A DNA stretch of 64,000 bases, taken from Azolla caroliniana (taxonomy: Eukaryota > Plantae > Polypodiophyta). Positions within the stretch are counted from its first letter, which is position 1. Every line of letters starts with the position of its first letter. The DNA lies in assembly GCA_043228905.1 (NCBI GenBank), contig JBHGNT010000004.1, forward strand, positions 5,208,001-5,272,000. Reading direction: 5' to 3'. Shown here piece by piece: positions 1 through 11,489 of this stretch. The translations under genes were made by a program, and so were the position numbers. The notes under the pieces are model-generated. The model was not told the origin of the DNA. It worked only from the letters and a program-made list of their open reading frames with translations, and did not search any database.

Positions 1-2120
1 ATAAATCATCTGGTTTTTGGATTGCTTCGGGAGATCCGTTGGTTAATATACCGCTGGTTAACATGGTCAATCCATTAGATATTTAGGTTGTAGAGTGGGT
101 TTGGGTTTAAATGCAGAGGATATGATTGCACCATTACTGTTAAGATTAAGGAACAAGTTAATATATTGGAACAAGGAGAAGTTATCCTTAGCAGGGCCTG
201 TAGTTGTAGCTAACTCGGTGCTTTTGTCTTCGATTTGGTATATAGCATCTACCTGGTTGTTTTCTAGGTCAATAATGCTTAAAGTTCAACGCCTTATGCG
301 TAATTTCATTTGGGGGAACACTATTGCAGACAATTCTGTAGCAAAGGTAGCTTGGTCGGTTCTAATACAATCTAAACAAAAAGGAGGTCTAGGTTTGATT
401 GACCCTTTTATGCAAAGTAAAGCCTTAATTGCTAAACATGTCGTTAGGAGTTTATTGCCAGGTGATGAGTTATGGAAAAAGCTATGGATTCAGCACTTGC
501 ATAAGGTCAAGCCCTCAGTAGGAGGGCAATGGCATGATAGTCTTAGGTGGTTTTTTAATTCAGATTTTCCATTACCTAAGTCCAATGTTGGATCATTACG
601 TTTCTTTAGTGGAATTTTCGGGCATGGGAAACTCTGCGACAAGCACTTGTTTTCTTGCCACCGAAAAATTATCATCAATTCATGCGTCAACCTTTGATCT
701 GGAATCCTTTATTTACGGACGAAGCTGCATGTGTTTTGGGTCTATGACCGAGGTTACCTTGGGCGGCAATGGACAGTGGGCCAGCCCATACAGTCCTGCC
801 ACTAGCACCGTCCTTAGAGCATACAACATGACTCAACATGGAAGAGGTGATTGGGGTGCATAGTAAGAGTTTTTTCATAAAAGAATTTTTTCTCGGTAAT
901 CTCCGATATGTTTGGTGCGGATAGTGAACCAGATGCTTTACCTTACATAGGATGAATGATAAGGTTGTTTCATAAGGACAACAGTGTATGCATTCATTTT
1001 TGTTTATGTAGGTTTAAGCTATTGGGGATACTCGATAACAATGAACTGATTGATGGGGAACTTCGTGGACATTGCCAAGATGCTAATACGCGAGATGGCT
1101 GATGAGGACTGAATGAAGAAATTTTGCCTGTGATAAGGATGAGTGAAGATGATGGGGGTGTTGTAGCCGACTATCATGAATGGGTGAGATTTTTTCATGG
1201 ACATTGGCATGAGGCTAATCAGCCAGATGGTTGATATGGACTGAACGAAGAAAAATTTTCTGTGATAAGGATGAGTGAAGATGGTGGGGAGGTCGAAGCC
1301 GACTAGCACGACTGGGTGAGGAAACATTTAGACTAATTTTTTGTTGATTCATACAGGATATGCGTGGACACTGGCACCATGTTAATCAGTGAGATGGCTA
1401 ATGTCGACTGAACGAATAAATTTTTCTGGGTTAAGGATGAGTGAAGATGGTGGGGAGGGTCGAAGCCAATTATCAGGAGTGGGTGAGGAAACATTTAGAC
1501 TAATTTTTGTTGATTAATACAGGATATGCGTAGACATTGGAACCATGTTAATCTGTGAGATGGCTGATGTCGACTAAATGAAGAAATATTTGTTGTGTTA
1601 AGGATGAGTGAAGATGGTGGGGAGGGTTGAAGCCAATTATCAAGAGTGGGTGAGGAAACTTTTGGACTGATTTTGTTCTTAACACAGGATTACCAACAAG
1701 ATATAATCCCAATTCAAAACCAGGTTCAATCTTGCATTGGAAAAAGGCAGAGAAAGGTATATAAAGACTGAGAAGATGGGCAGGCTGAAGAGAAACCAAG
1801 TTTTTTGGCAATGTTTAAGCCGATGTTTACAGGTCCAAGAGTTTGGACAAGTTATGAATCTTGCATTGGAAAAAGGCAAAGAAAGATATATAAATACTGA
1901 GAAGATCGGCAGGCTGAAGAGAAACCAGGTTTTTTGGCAATGTTTAAGCCGATGTTTACAGAGCTAGAAGAAGACTACGACCAAGAAGCAGCAGATTACC
2001 TCAGCAGCTTGATTGGAGAGAGGGGATTTTTACTGCCAAACTGGTAGAAAAGGACACATCACATGGGAAAGTTAAAGGCCAAGGAACAGGCACAAAACTG
2101 AGTGTTATTCTGTATGACAT
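1..2120 (+). mobile_element. Decayed LINE (L1-like) ORF2 3' part; probably continues at about 13871-14440 beyond gypsy A
   Basis: IRYLG upstream of ORF 95-697, then LSLAGxVVVANSVLLSSIWY and KVAW...KGGLGL, typical of the post-RT region of L1-type ORF2. A TTATTCTGTATGA duplicate lies on each side of the gypsy A insertion. Confidence 0.75.
1094..1960 (+). repeat. Degenerate tandem duplications inside the LINE remnant
   Basis: Four copies of a unit containing TAAGGATGAGTGAAGATG (spacing about 133, 166, 166 bp), then two copies of a unit starting AATCTTGCATTGGAAAAAGGC (1727, 1856). Confidence 0.85.
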
Positions 2121-3012
2121 TGTCGTAGTGTAATTCGCACACTACGTGAAAAATTACATTTTTGGTTTCTTTGGATAGGATATGGAGTACCCAGTGAGAA
2201 CCGGAAGGAAGAACCAGTGAGGACCGAAACCGGTAAGGAGACCCGACAAGAGCCGGATGAAGAAGGCCGGTGAGAGTCAGTGAGAACGGACGAAGAGGAC
2301 CGGTAAGGAGGATCCAGTAAGAACTGGATAAAGAAAACCGGCGAGAACCGGATGAAGCAGAGCCGGATGAAGAAGGCCGACGAGAGTCTCTCACCAGATG
2401 AAGAGACATATTTGTAAATAGAAGAAAGTATAAAATTATATATTACATGCATAGGCCAAGATTCGAACCTTGCACCTCCATGTTAATAATGTTAAACCTT
2501 ATCATTATACTAGTGTATTATGAATTTTAAAGTTATACTAAACTTTATCCCATGTCTACACATGCATGGTACAAAAAGTTATTCATGCATAGACACTCGA
2601 GTTAAAAGAAAAGATGAGATAGAAAGCTAATCATGCACATGCAGTGTGCATGAAAACTAAAGATAGGAAAAGCATGATGCTTGCATGTGATAAACTTAGA
2701 CTCTTCCAACACTATATAAGGAAGAGAGAAAGATGTATAGAGGTTGTTGATTATTTTACAAGGATTTTGATCAATCTAATATATTCGTGGGATTCACGAT
2801 TTTTTTCCATCTATTTCTCTCTTACATTCTTAGTATCAATTAATACACTATACTTGTGGGATTCACGAGTTTCATATCTTCTTTCAAATATTTCTCTTTC
2901 TTGCAATCGATTCATGAGGAGCCTTATCTCATATTTTTTTCTTTCTCCTAGTCCAAAACCTCAGTGGTTCCCACCCGACTCACGCAACGATCCGGAGCCG
3001 AAAGGCACGACA
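2121..3012 (+). repeat. 5' LTR of gypsy A
   Basis: TGTCG/CGACA termini, TATA-like CTATATAAG near 2711, PBS follows; both ends are homologous to the LTR ends of B. Confidence 0.9.
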
Positions 3013-3050
3013 CAAGTGGTGAACCCAATGTGAACACGGGTGGCAAGGAG

Positions 3051-4188
3051 ATGGAAAATCAACCGGAGGCTAACAACATGATGATGATGTTCGAGCGGAT
3101 GCTTCAGGAACAACGTGCGATGTCGGAGATAGCGGCGGCAGTAGAGCGGCTCATGCAACGGATCGGGCAATTCAACGGAAAGGACATATCACGCTATCTT
3201 TGGAACTACAAGGCGGAAATGCTACGGTGCGGGATTTCGGAAGGACTGCAAGTGGCATCCTTCAACCGGGTGGCTACCAACGGGCTTCAAGCAAGTATCC
3301 AAGGGCTACGACAACAAAATCCGACGTGGGAAGCATTTGAAGAGGCGCTAAAGACCACGTTCGCTATTGAGGACTCCTCCAAGGCAACGCGGAGAGGATT
3401 CGAGGATTGGGTAGAAATGCCGGACAAGGGGATGAAGGTCCTCGATGTGTTCTCGGTATTCGAAAGTCGGTTCGGGAGGTTGTCTGGGAGAGATCAAGCT
3501 ATCCTCGCACCGGACAAAGTTATCATGTTCTTACGAGCCGTAGACGTCCGGGACCGGAAGGATCTTGGAGTGCTTCTAGAGGACACGAATACCAAGAGTG
3601 GCCTCACCGAAACATGGGAAAGCGTGCGGGATATCGTCGCGCTATACACAAAGAGGGGGCAATGGCTTGCCAACGAAGAAAATAGGGTTTCGGAACCGAT
3701 TCCGAAACCGAGATTCGGATCGGAAGACCATCAACCGCGGGCTCGGGAAGCTACGACTGAGAAGGCAATCGACGCAACTACGGTGGAGCAGTTGTTGAAG
3801 GAGATGGAGAATCTAAAAATCGCGATGGTGAAGAAGTCGGATGACCGTCCCACAAGTTCCAAGTATATGGACACCGTCGATGCATATGGTGCGATAGCAC
3901 CGAACATGATCGGAGGGATTGCGACGAGCACAAGGAAGTGCTACGACAGGATCTTATCTACTACGAGGGAAATCAGATTCATTCGATGGACTCTCGAAAG
4001 CCGCTCCGACCGAACTTCCGAAAAGGCGGCATGAAGAAGGTCCTAGAGGAGGAAATAGCGGCGAAGAACAATTACGCGACAACTGCGGGAATACGTGTCG
4101 GGGAGTCATCAGGGGCAAAGGTGTCTTTTTGGCCGGAAGTGCTAGAAAACACCGAGAAAACCGACTCTAACGAGATCCGAAGCACCGC
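3051..4188 (+). pseudogene. gag: gag of gypsy A, 5' part (2-bp frameshift near 3871)
   Basis: Close homologue of B gag. The zinc knuckle CIWCDSTEHDRRDC is out of frame after GAC-AC-CGT. Cut at 4188 by element B. Confidence 0.85.
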
Positions 4189-4990
4189 TGTCGTGCCTTT
4201 CGGCTCCGGATCGTTGCGTGAGTCGGGTGGGAACCACAGAGGTCTTGGACTAGGAGAAAGAAGTTCGTGAGATAGAGATTAATTATGAGTAAATAGCAAA
4301 GAGAAAGATAAGAAACTCGTGAATCACACGAGTATACTATATTAATTGGTACTTAGGGTGTTAAGAGAGAAGTAGATGTATAAATCGTGAATCCCACGAA
4401 TAAATTTTGTATTGATTAATACTTAATCCAAATAATCAACAACCCTTTACATATTTCTCTCCTCCTTATATAAGGAAAGAAGAGTTAAGCATGGCTTCAT
4501 GCTTTTTTTTTTTTTACAAAAAGTGTTCATGTCCACTAAATGTGCATGTGATGCTTTTTTATTTCCTAAGTATAGGGCTCATGCACGCTAGATGTGCATG
4601 AGTTATTTTTAGTGTCTCGTGTTTTTCTTTTTCATATATTAAAAAATACACGATTTACCTTTTAATAAAGGTATGCATAAATAAAGGTCTTATACGTATT
4701 AAATCTATATTTAAAACACTTAAGATAAGTTAATGTAATGGTAAGGTTGGGGTTTGTCAACGTGGAGGTGCAGAGTTCAAATCACGCCCTGCGCAGTAGT
4801 GAGTATTTCCCTTTTTTTTTACATTTACGTCTCTTTATCCGGCTCTTCCTTGCCGGTATGCCGTTTTCTTCCTTGCCGGTATGCCGTTTTCCTCCTTGCC
4901 GGTATGCCGTTTTTCCTCCTTCCGGTTCTCACCGAGCACTCCATTCTCTATCCGGAGGGACAAAAATATAATTTCCACATAGTGTGCAAC

Positions 4991-7900
4991 CTACACTACG
5001 ACACTCGCCCCCTCCAAACCCGCACATCCTCCGGTATGTGCCGAAGTTCTTGATTCTTCGTATCTGTCTTCATCCGAAGCTTCCTCCGATTCTCCCCTTA
5101 TGTCGACTATGAGTTGTAATCCACTTTCTTCGCTTCCCGCATCATTGTGGTCTTCGTCCGATTGCTCCTCGTTGTTGGCCTTGACTTGGATCACATAAGG
5201 TTTGTCGTCGGTCCGCTTCTTGAAAATCTTCACCCGCTTCCCGGCTATAGGCACTCGTAGTATTGTTCCATCCAACTCGGACAGTCGGTACGTCCCGTTG
5301 TCGAAGACCTTCCGAACCTCGTACGGCCCGAACCACCTTTTCGCGAATTTCCGCATCGTTGTATGTTGATGGTCCAAGCTACTATCATAGACGATCACCC
5401 AATCTCCTTCTTCAATCCTCCTCGGTCGTAGTCGGTGCTTTGTGTCGAACCGGCTTTTGTTCCGGAACCGTGCTTCTTGTTGTCGGCGTGACGCTTCCGC
5501 TACATCTTTCGGTCTTCCCTCCAGTTGTCGTATCCGGACCGCTAGTAGTTCTTCCCGGCTCATCTCTTCCTTCCACGGTAGTATTGTCCATGTCGCGATT
5601 GCGGTTTCCGTTGGCATTACCGGTGCTTGTCCGGTCATGAGTTCTGCCGGCATGTAACCGGTCACGGAGCTATGCGTCGTCCGATCCGCCCATAGTGCAT
5701 ACGGAAGCATTTGTGGCCAATCCTTCACCCTTCCGTCGCATGCCTTCGCAAGTGCTTTCACGATCGGACTATGTCCTCGTTCGATCTTCCCGTTGGCCTC
5801 CGGATTGTAGGCCGTTGTCAACGTTAACCGAACTCCATGTTTGGCGAAGAATCCCCTAGCTTTGTCCGAGTCGAGTTCTCCCCGGTCCGCAATCACTTGT
5901 CCTACGCAGCCGTACCTACAAAACACTTCTTCCAAAAGAAATTGGCACACCGCGGCACACGTTTTCCTCCGAAGCGCCCGACCTTCAACTTGGTTTGTGA
6001 GATCTTCTCGAGCTAACACCAAGTATTTCTTTTGTCCAATCCCGGTCGGCATAGCTACAATGTCGACCATCCACTTGAAGTTGATTGTCGGTGAGAATGT
6101 CGGATGCAGCTCATCTCGGTGTCGGACCCCGGAGTAGACTTGACATTTCTCGCAGCTTTCTGTGAACTCCGCGACATCTTTATACATGTTCTTCCACCAA
6201 TATCTTTGCTTGATTTTCACAAAAGTTGCCCATGTTCCTCGATGTCCAGCCCAATCGGATTCGTGGAACTCGGACATTATCCGGTTTCGTTGCTCTTTCG
6301 TCCCGACTACTCGAAGTGGTATCCCATCCGGTCTTTTCGGCGTCCTCCATATTAAACCGTTTTCCAAGAAGAACTTTTGGACTTGCCTCTTCATCCTTCG
6401 GATCTCGGCTCTCCTTTCTTTATCATTGGTTGAATCCTCGACCTCTTGTAGCATCTTCCCGATCATCAAGGTTTCCCCCTCGTATTCTTCTTCCCGGAAT
6501 TCTCGGATCACGTTCACTCGGCATATGTGTTCTGACGTGAAGTAGTCTTCGGAAACTTCTTCATTATCTGATTCGGTTATGTCGTCTTCAAACCGCGCCC
6601 TCGATAACATGTCCGCTACCGCGTTGTCCTTCCCCGAGATGTGTCGAACCTCCGGATTAAGTGACTTGACATATGCAATCCACCTTAGCATAGCCACATC
6701 CGGTATCGTACAACACCGCATCATCCCGAGTATCGGAAGACAATCCGTCTCGATCACCACTTCAGCTCCGATCAAATAATCCCGATCCGATTTTATCGTC
6801 GACACGACTCCCCACAATTCTCTTTTGACTTGTGCATATCCGCGTTGCCTTTCGTTGAGGACCTTTGCTCCAAATCGGATCGGATACCGCGAACCATCCG
6901 AGTCGGCTTGATTGATGACCCACCCGATACCGGTTGGACTTGTATCAACCGTTACTATGATTGGCCGCTCGTAGCTTGGCTTCTTAAGTGATTCCGCCCT
7001 CCATAGTGTCTTCTTGAGCTTCCTCATGGCTTTAGTGTGTTCCGGTTTCCACTCGAATTTCTTACCTTTCCGCAACAAGTGATAGAGCGGGTCCGCTATA
7101 TGTGCATAGTGCGGAATCCATATGTGATAGAATGCACACGCACCTAGAAACCTTCAGACTTCCGATGTTGACTCACATACTTCCTTCATAGCTTGAATCG
7201 CATCGATCTTTGTTGGTGACGGTCTTCGGCCATAGGGTCCACATAGATGTCCGACCACCAATATTTCTTCTTGCCCGAATGCCGATTTCTCCCCGGAAAG
7301 TGTTAGGTGCACATCTTCTAGCTTTCGCAACACTTTCTCGCAATCATGAATATGGTCGACCACGAACTTTCGGCATCCCCGATCATCCATAGTCTCATCT
7401 TTTTCTTCCACCGCGCATCCTTTCATCGGAATGTCATCTAGAAACGGCATCGTTATCTCCGGGATGCAATCTCGAAGCACCTTGTTCATCGCGTTCATCA
7501 TATGTGCAACCGAGTTTGTCGCTCCTTGTGGTAGTGTGCACATTCGAACTAGTCCTACCGGTGTCCGCATGGTAGTGATGTCTCGGCTCTCCACGGCTAG
7601 TTGGAATTGGTCATACCCCGAGTATAGGTCCCCGATGGAGTATATCGCACGTCCGGCAAAAGCTTCCGCGAATTCGTCCACTATCGGACCGACTCCCGAG
7701 TTCCGGATCGTGACCTTGTTCACCGGTTGCAAGTCTTGGATGAATCGGAGTGACCCATTCTTCTTCGGAACCGTAAACCATCGATTTGAGTACGGAGCAC
7801 TTGATGGCTCTAGAATCCCCATCGCTACCTTCTCCTTGAGCAAGTCGATGACTTTCGGAATATGCGCCCGTGGCACCGGAATCGGCTTCAGGTTCCACGG

Positions 7901-8602
7901 TACATGATCAATCGTGAAAATCACCATCGGCTCCACTATCTTTGGATCAATGCATCCGATCTCCCTCGATGTGAACACGAATGCTTTGCCATGTTGCTCC
8001 AACATCTCTCGAAACCGTTTTTCTTCTTCTTGTAAGAGGAACCCACCTCCACCGATCCGAAGTTTCTTCCGGGTCTCATCTGTGAAGACATGTCCGATAT
8101 CCACGGACTTCCGAAGTGTCGGATCTCCCGAGACTTCTTTCTTCTTTTGTTCGCTATCGGCGGGTAGTGGTCCCGCGGCCGGTTTCACCTTCTTCTCCAC
8201 GGTCTTGTATTTCGTACTTACCATTGCTTCTTCTTTGCGGAGCGCATCCGGCCCCATTTTCGCAACGATCTCGTACATCTCGACCGATTCCACCGGGACT
8301 ACCCAGTTCCCTTGGCTTTTATCTTCCGCAAGCTCTTCAAGCCGTTGTAGTGTATTCCCATAGAACACTTCCTCGATCACTCCCACGATTTCTTCGTCTT
8401 CTTTTATTATTGATGCCGACCGTAACTTATCCTCCACTTGTCGGTATTGTTTCTTCATTCCTCCGGTTACGGTCGTGTACGTAGATGCCCCATCCGGGCC
8501 GATTCGTACTTGTTTTGCTCCGAGAGTTTTCTTCCTATGTGGGGTATCAGGGCTTCTCGGACTATCACTTCCCCACTCCGCAACAGTCCGCTTTAAAAAT
8601 CC
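4991..8602 (-). pseudogene. pol: pol (RT-RNaseH-integrase) of gypsy B, in-frame TGA at 7154
   Basis: RT LPQG and FLDD; RNaseH VDTS...ETDC; integrase HHCC, DDE and GPY; reading frame is -1 relative to gag-PR. Confidence 0.93.
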
Positions 8603-10632
8603 ATTCTCACTTGGGACAAGAGTTCCCTCTTGTTCCTTTCGTGATTTGCCGGCACCGTTAGGAATTGGACGGATTTCCCTCCGTTTTGGCTCCGAATTCG
8701 CGCAAAAGCCGCACCACTATCGAGCACCTTCGTCTCCATCCGTGAAGCCGTGATAAAGGGTTGGCCGAGGATGACAGAATGTGAAACCTCATCCTGCACA
8801 AAGAAATTTTGGTCAATTTCGACATCCCCGATCTTTACTGTCACATCCGGACAAGCCGCAAATAGGTCTTCTGTCGTTTTCGTGGCTGCCCGAATCTTCC
8901 ATCCATGGTTGGTGTTTATAGGCCACTTCCCCTTTCGGTAGAACTCCTTGGACATCAAGTTGATCTCCGATCCGTGATCAATCAATGCTAGCACGGGTTC
9001 TTTGATGTTGCCGATTCGGACCGGAGTCTCCGTAGTCGCACGTGCCCAGTGTGGCCTTGTATAGTGGGAGTTCGGAATTTCGCCTTCCACTTCGGTGTCG
9101 TTCATTGAAACGGTATTTGCATTCACCCTTGGAGCATTTTCCTCCGTACTTTGTCTCTTCCTTTTCACGAGATCCACGAGAAGATCGTGAAACTCCTTCT
9201 TCGCTATTCCGAGTAGTTCCCGCAGCGAAAAATCTACCCGGCTATCCAAGATTCTTTCCTCGAACACTCTTTTCAAGTCGGTTTGTTGTTCTATGTCCGA
9301 GGCGAGCTTGAATGCCGGAGTCGCCTTTTCTTTTCCCTTACCTCCGGAGTTCCAACTTTCCGGTATCTTCGATGGTCCGGCCGCATCCTCCGTGCGCCGT
9401 CGTTTCTCGTCCACATACACCTCATGTAATTGACACAGGGCATATATGCTATTCTTGTCGACAGGACACTCCCATCCCGTAGCTTCCCGGACGCCTTCCG
9501 CGGTGTTTCGGATATCGTTGGAGTCGGTTTTCTCGGTGTTTCCTAGCACCTCCGGCCAGAAAGACGCCTTCGCTCCCGATGACTCCCCGACACATATTCC
9601 CGCGGTTGTCGCATAGTTGCTTCTTGCCGCTAACTCCTCCTCGAGCACCTTCTTCATGCCGCCTTTCCGGAAGTTCGGTCGGAGTGGCTTCCGAGAGTCC
9701 ATCGAATGAATCCGGTTTCCCTCGTAGTAGATGAGATCCCGTCGTAGCGCCTCCTTATGGTCGTCGCAATCCCTCCGATCGTGTTCGGCGCTATCGCACC
9801 ATATGCACCGTCAATCCGTATATTTGGAGCTTGTGGGGCGGTCATCCGACTTCTTCACCATCGTGATCTTTAGATTCTCCATCTCCTTCAGCAGCTGCTC
9901 CACCGTAGACGTGTCGACTCCCTTCTCGGCCGTAATCTCCCGAGCCCTCGGTTGATGGTCTTCCAGTCCCGTTCTCGGTTTCGGAATCGGTTCCGAAACC
10001 CTCTTTTCTTCGTTGGCAAGCCATTGCCCCCTCTTCATGTACCGCGCGACGATATCCCGCACGCTTTCCCATGTTTCGGTGAGGCCGCTTTCAGTGGTCG
10101 TGTCCTCAAGAAGCACTCCGATATCTTTCCGGTCCCGGACGTCCACAGCTCGCAAAAACATGATGACTTTGTCCGGTGCAAGAATAGTTTGATCTCTCGC
10201 GGACAACCTCCCGAACCGACTTTCGAATGTCGAAAACACTTCGAGGACCTTCAGCCCCTTACCTGACGTTTCCACCCAATCCTCGAATCCCCTCCGCGTT
10301 GCCTTGGAGGAGTCCTCGATGGCAAACGTGGTCTCTAACGCCTCTTCGAATGCTTCCCACGTCGGATTTTGTTGTTGCAACCCGTGGATACTCCCTTGAA
10401 GCCCGTCGGTCGCCACCCGGTTAAAGGATGTCACTTGCAGTCCTTCCGAAGCCCGGCACCGGAGCATCTCCGCCTTGTAGTCCTGCAAATATCGCGACAC
10501 ATCCTTACCATTAAATTGCCCGTTGCGTTGCACGAGCCGCTCTACTGATGCCGAAATCTCCGACATCGTGCGTTGTTCTTGAAGCATCCGTTCGAACATC
10601 GCCATCATATTGTTAGCTTGTTGAGCCTCCAT
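8593..10632 (-). pseudogene. gag: gag-protease ORF of gypsy B, in-frame TGA at 9811
   Basis: ORFs 9811-10719 and 8593-9702 share one frame; CX2CX4HX4C knuckle directly after the stop; protease LIDHGSEIN. Confidence 0.9.
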
Positions 10633-11489
10633 CTCCTTGCCACCCGTCTTCACGTCGGGTTCACCAACTGTGTCGTGCCTTTCGGCTCCGGATCGTTGCG
10701 TGAGTCGGGTGGGAACCACAGAGGTCTTGGACTAGGAGAAAGAAGTTCGTGAGATAGAGATTAATTATGAGTAAATAGCAAAGAGAAAGATAAGAAACTC
10801 GTGAATCACACGAGTATACTATATTAATTGGTACTTAGGGTGTTAAGAGAGAAGTAGATGTATAAATCGTGAATCCCACGAATAAATTTTGTATTGATTA
10901 ATACTTAATCCAAATAATCAACAACCCTTTACATATTTCTCTCCTCCTTATATAAGGAAAGAAGAGCTAAGCATGGCTTCATGCTTTTTTTTTTTTTACA
11001 AAAAGTGTTCATGTCCACTAAATGTGCATGTGATGCTTTTTTATTTCCTAAGTATAGGGCTCATGCACGCTAGATGTGCATGAGTTATTTTTAGTGTCTC
11101 GTGTTTTTCTTTTTCATATATTAAAAAATACACGATTTACCTTTTAATAAAGGTATGCATAAATAAAGGTCTTATACGTATTAAATCTATATTTAAAACA
11201 CTTAAGATAAGTTAATGTAATGGTAAGGTTGGGGTTTGTCAACGTGGAGGTGCAGAGTTTGAATCACGCCTTGCGCAGTAGTGAGTATTTCCCTTTTTTT
11301 TTACATTTACGTCTCTTTATCCGGCTCTTCCTTGCCGGTATGCCGTTTTCTTCCTTGCCGGTATGCCGTTTTCCTCCTTGCCGGTATGCCGTTTTTCCTC
11401 CTTCCGGTTCTCACCGAGCACTCCATTCTCTATCCGGAGGGACAAAAATATAATTTCCACATAGTGTGCAACCTACACTACGACACCGC

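Larger units (their letters stand above)
4189..11485 (-). mobile_element. Full-length Ty3/gypsy element B (two nonsense mutations)
   Basis: 815-bp LTRs at 4189-5003 and 10671-11485 with about 4 substitutions; TSD CCGC (4185-4188, 11486-11489); tRNA-Trp PBS at 10650-10666; PPT next to 5004; order gag-PR-RT-RH-INT. Confidence 0.97.

Noticed and set aside
1099-1130. CTGATGAG...GAAA resembling a hammerhead ribozyme core
   Set aside because: No stem II pairing, and sister repeat copies lack the core.
1094-1660. Spaced repeats superficially like a CRISPR array
   Set aside because: The spacers are homologous to each other, the context is eukaryotic and there are no cas genes.
3865-3880. Gag interruption at the same place in A and B, suggesting programmed recoding
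   Set aside because: The lesions differ (2-bp insertion in A, CGA>TGA in B) and C/D are open there.
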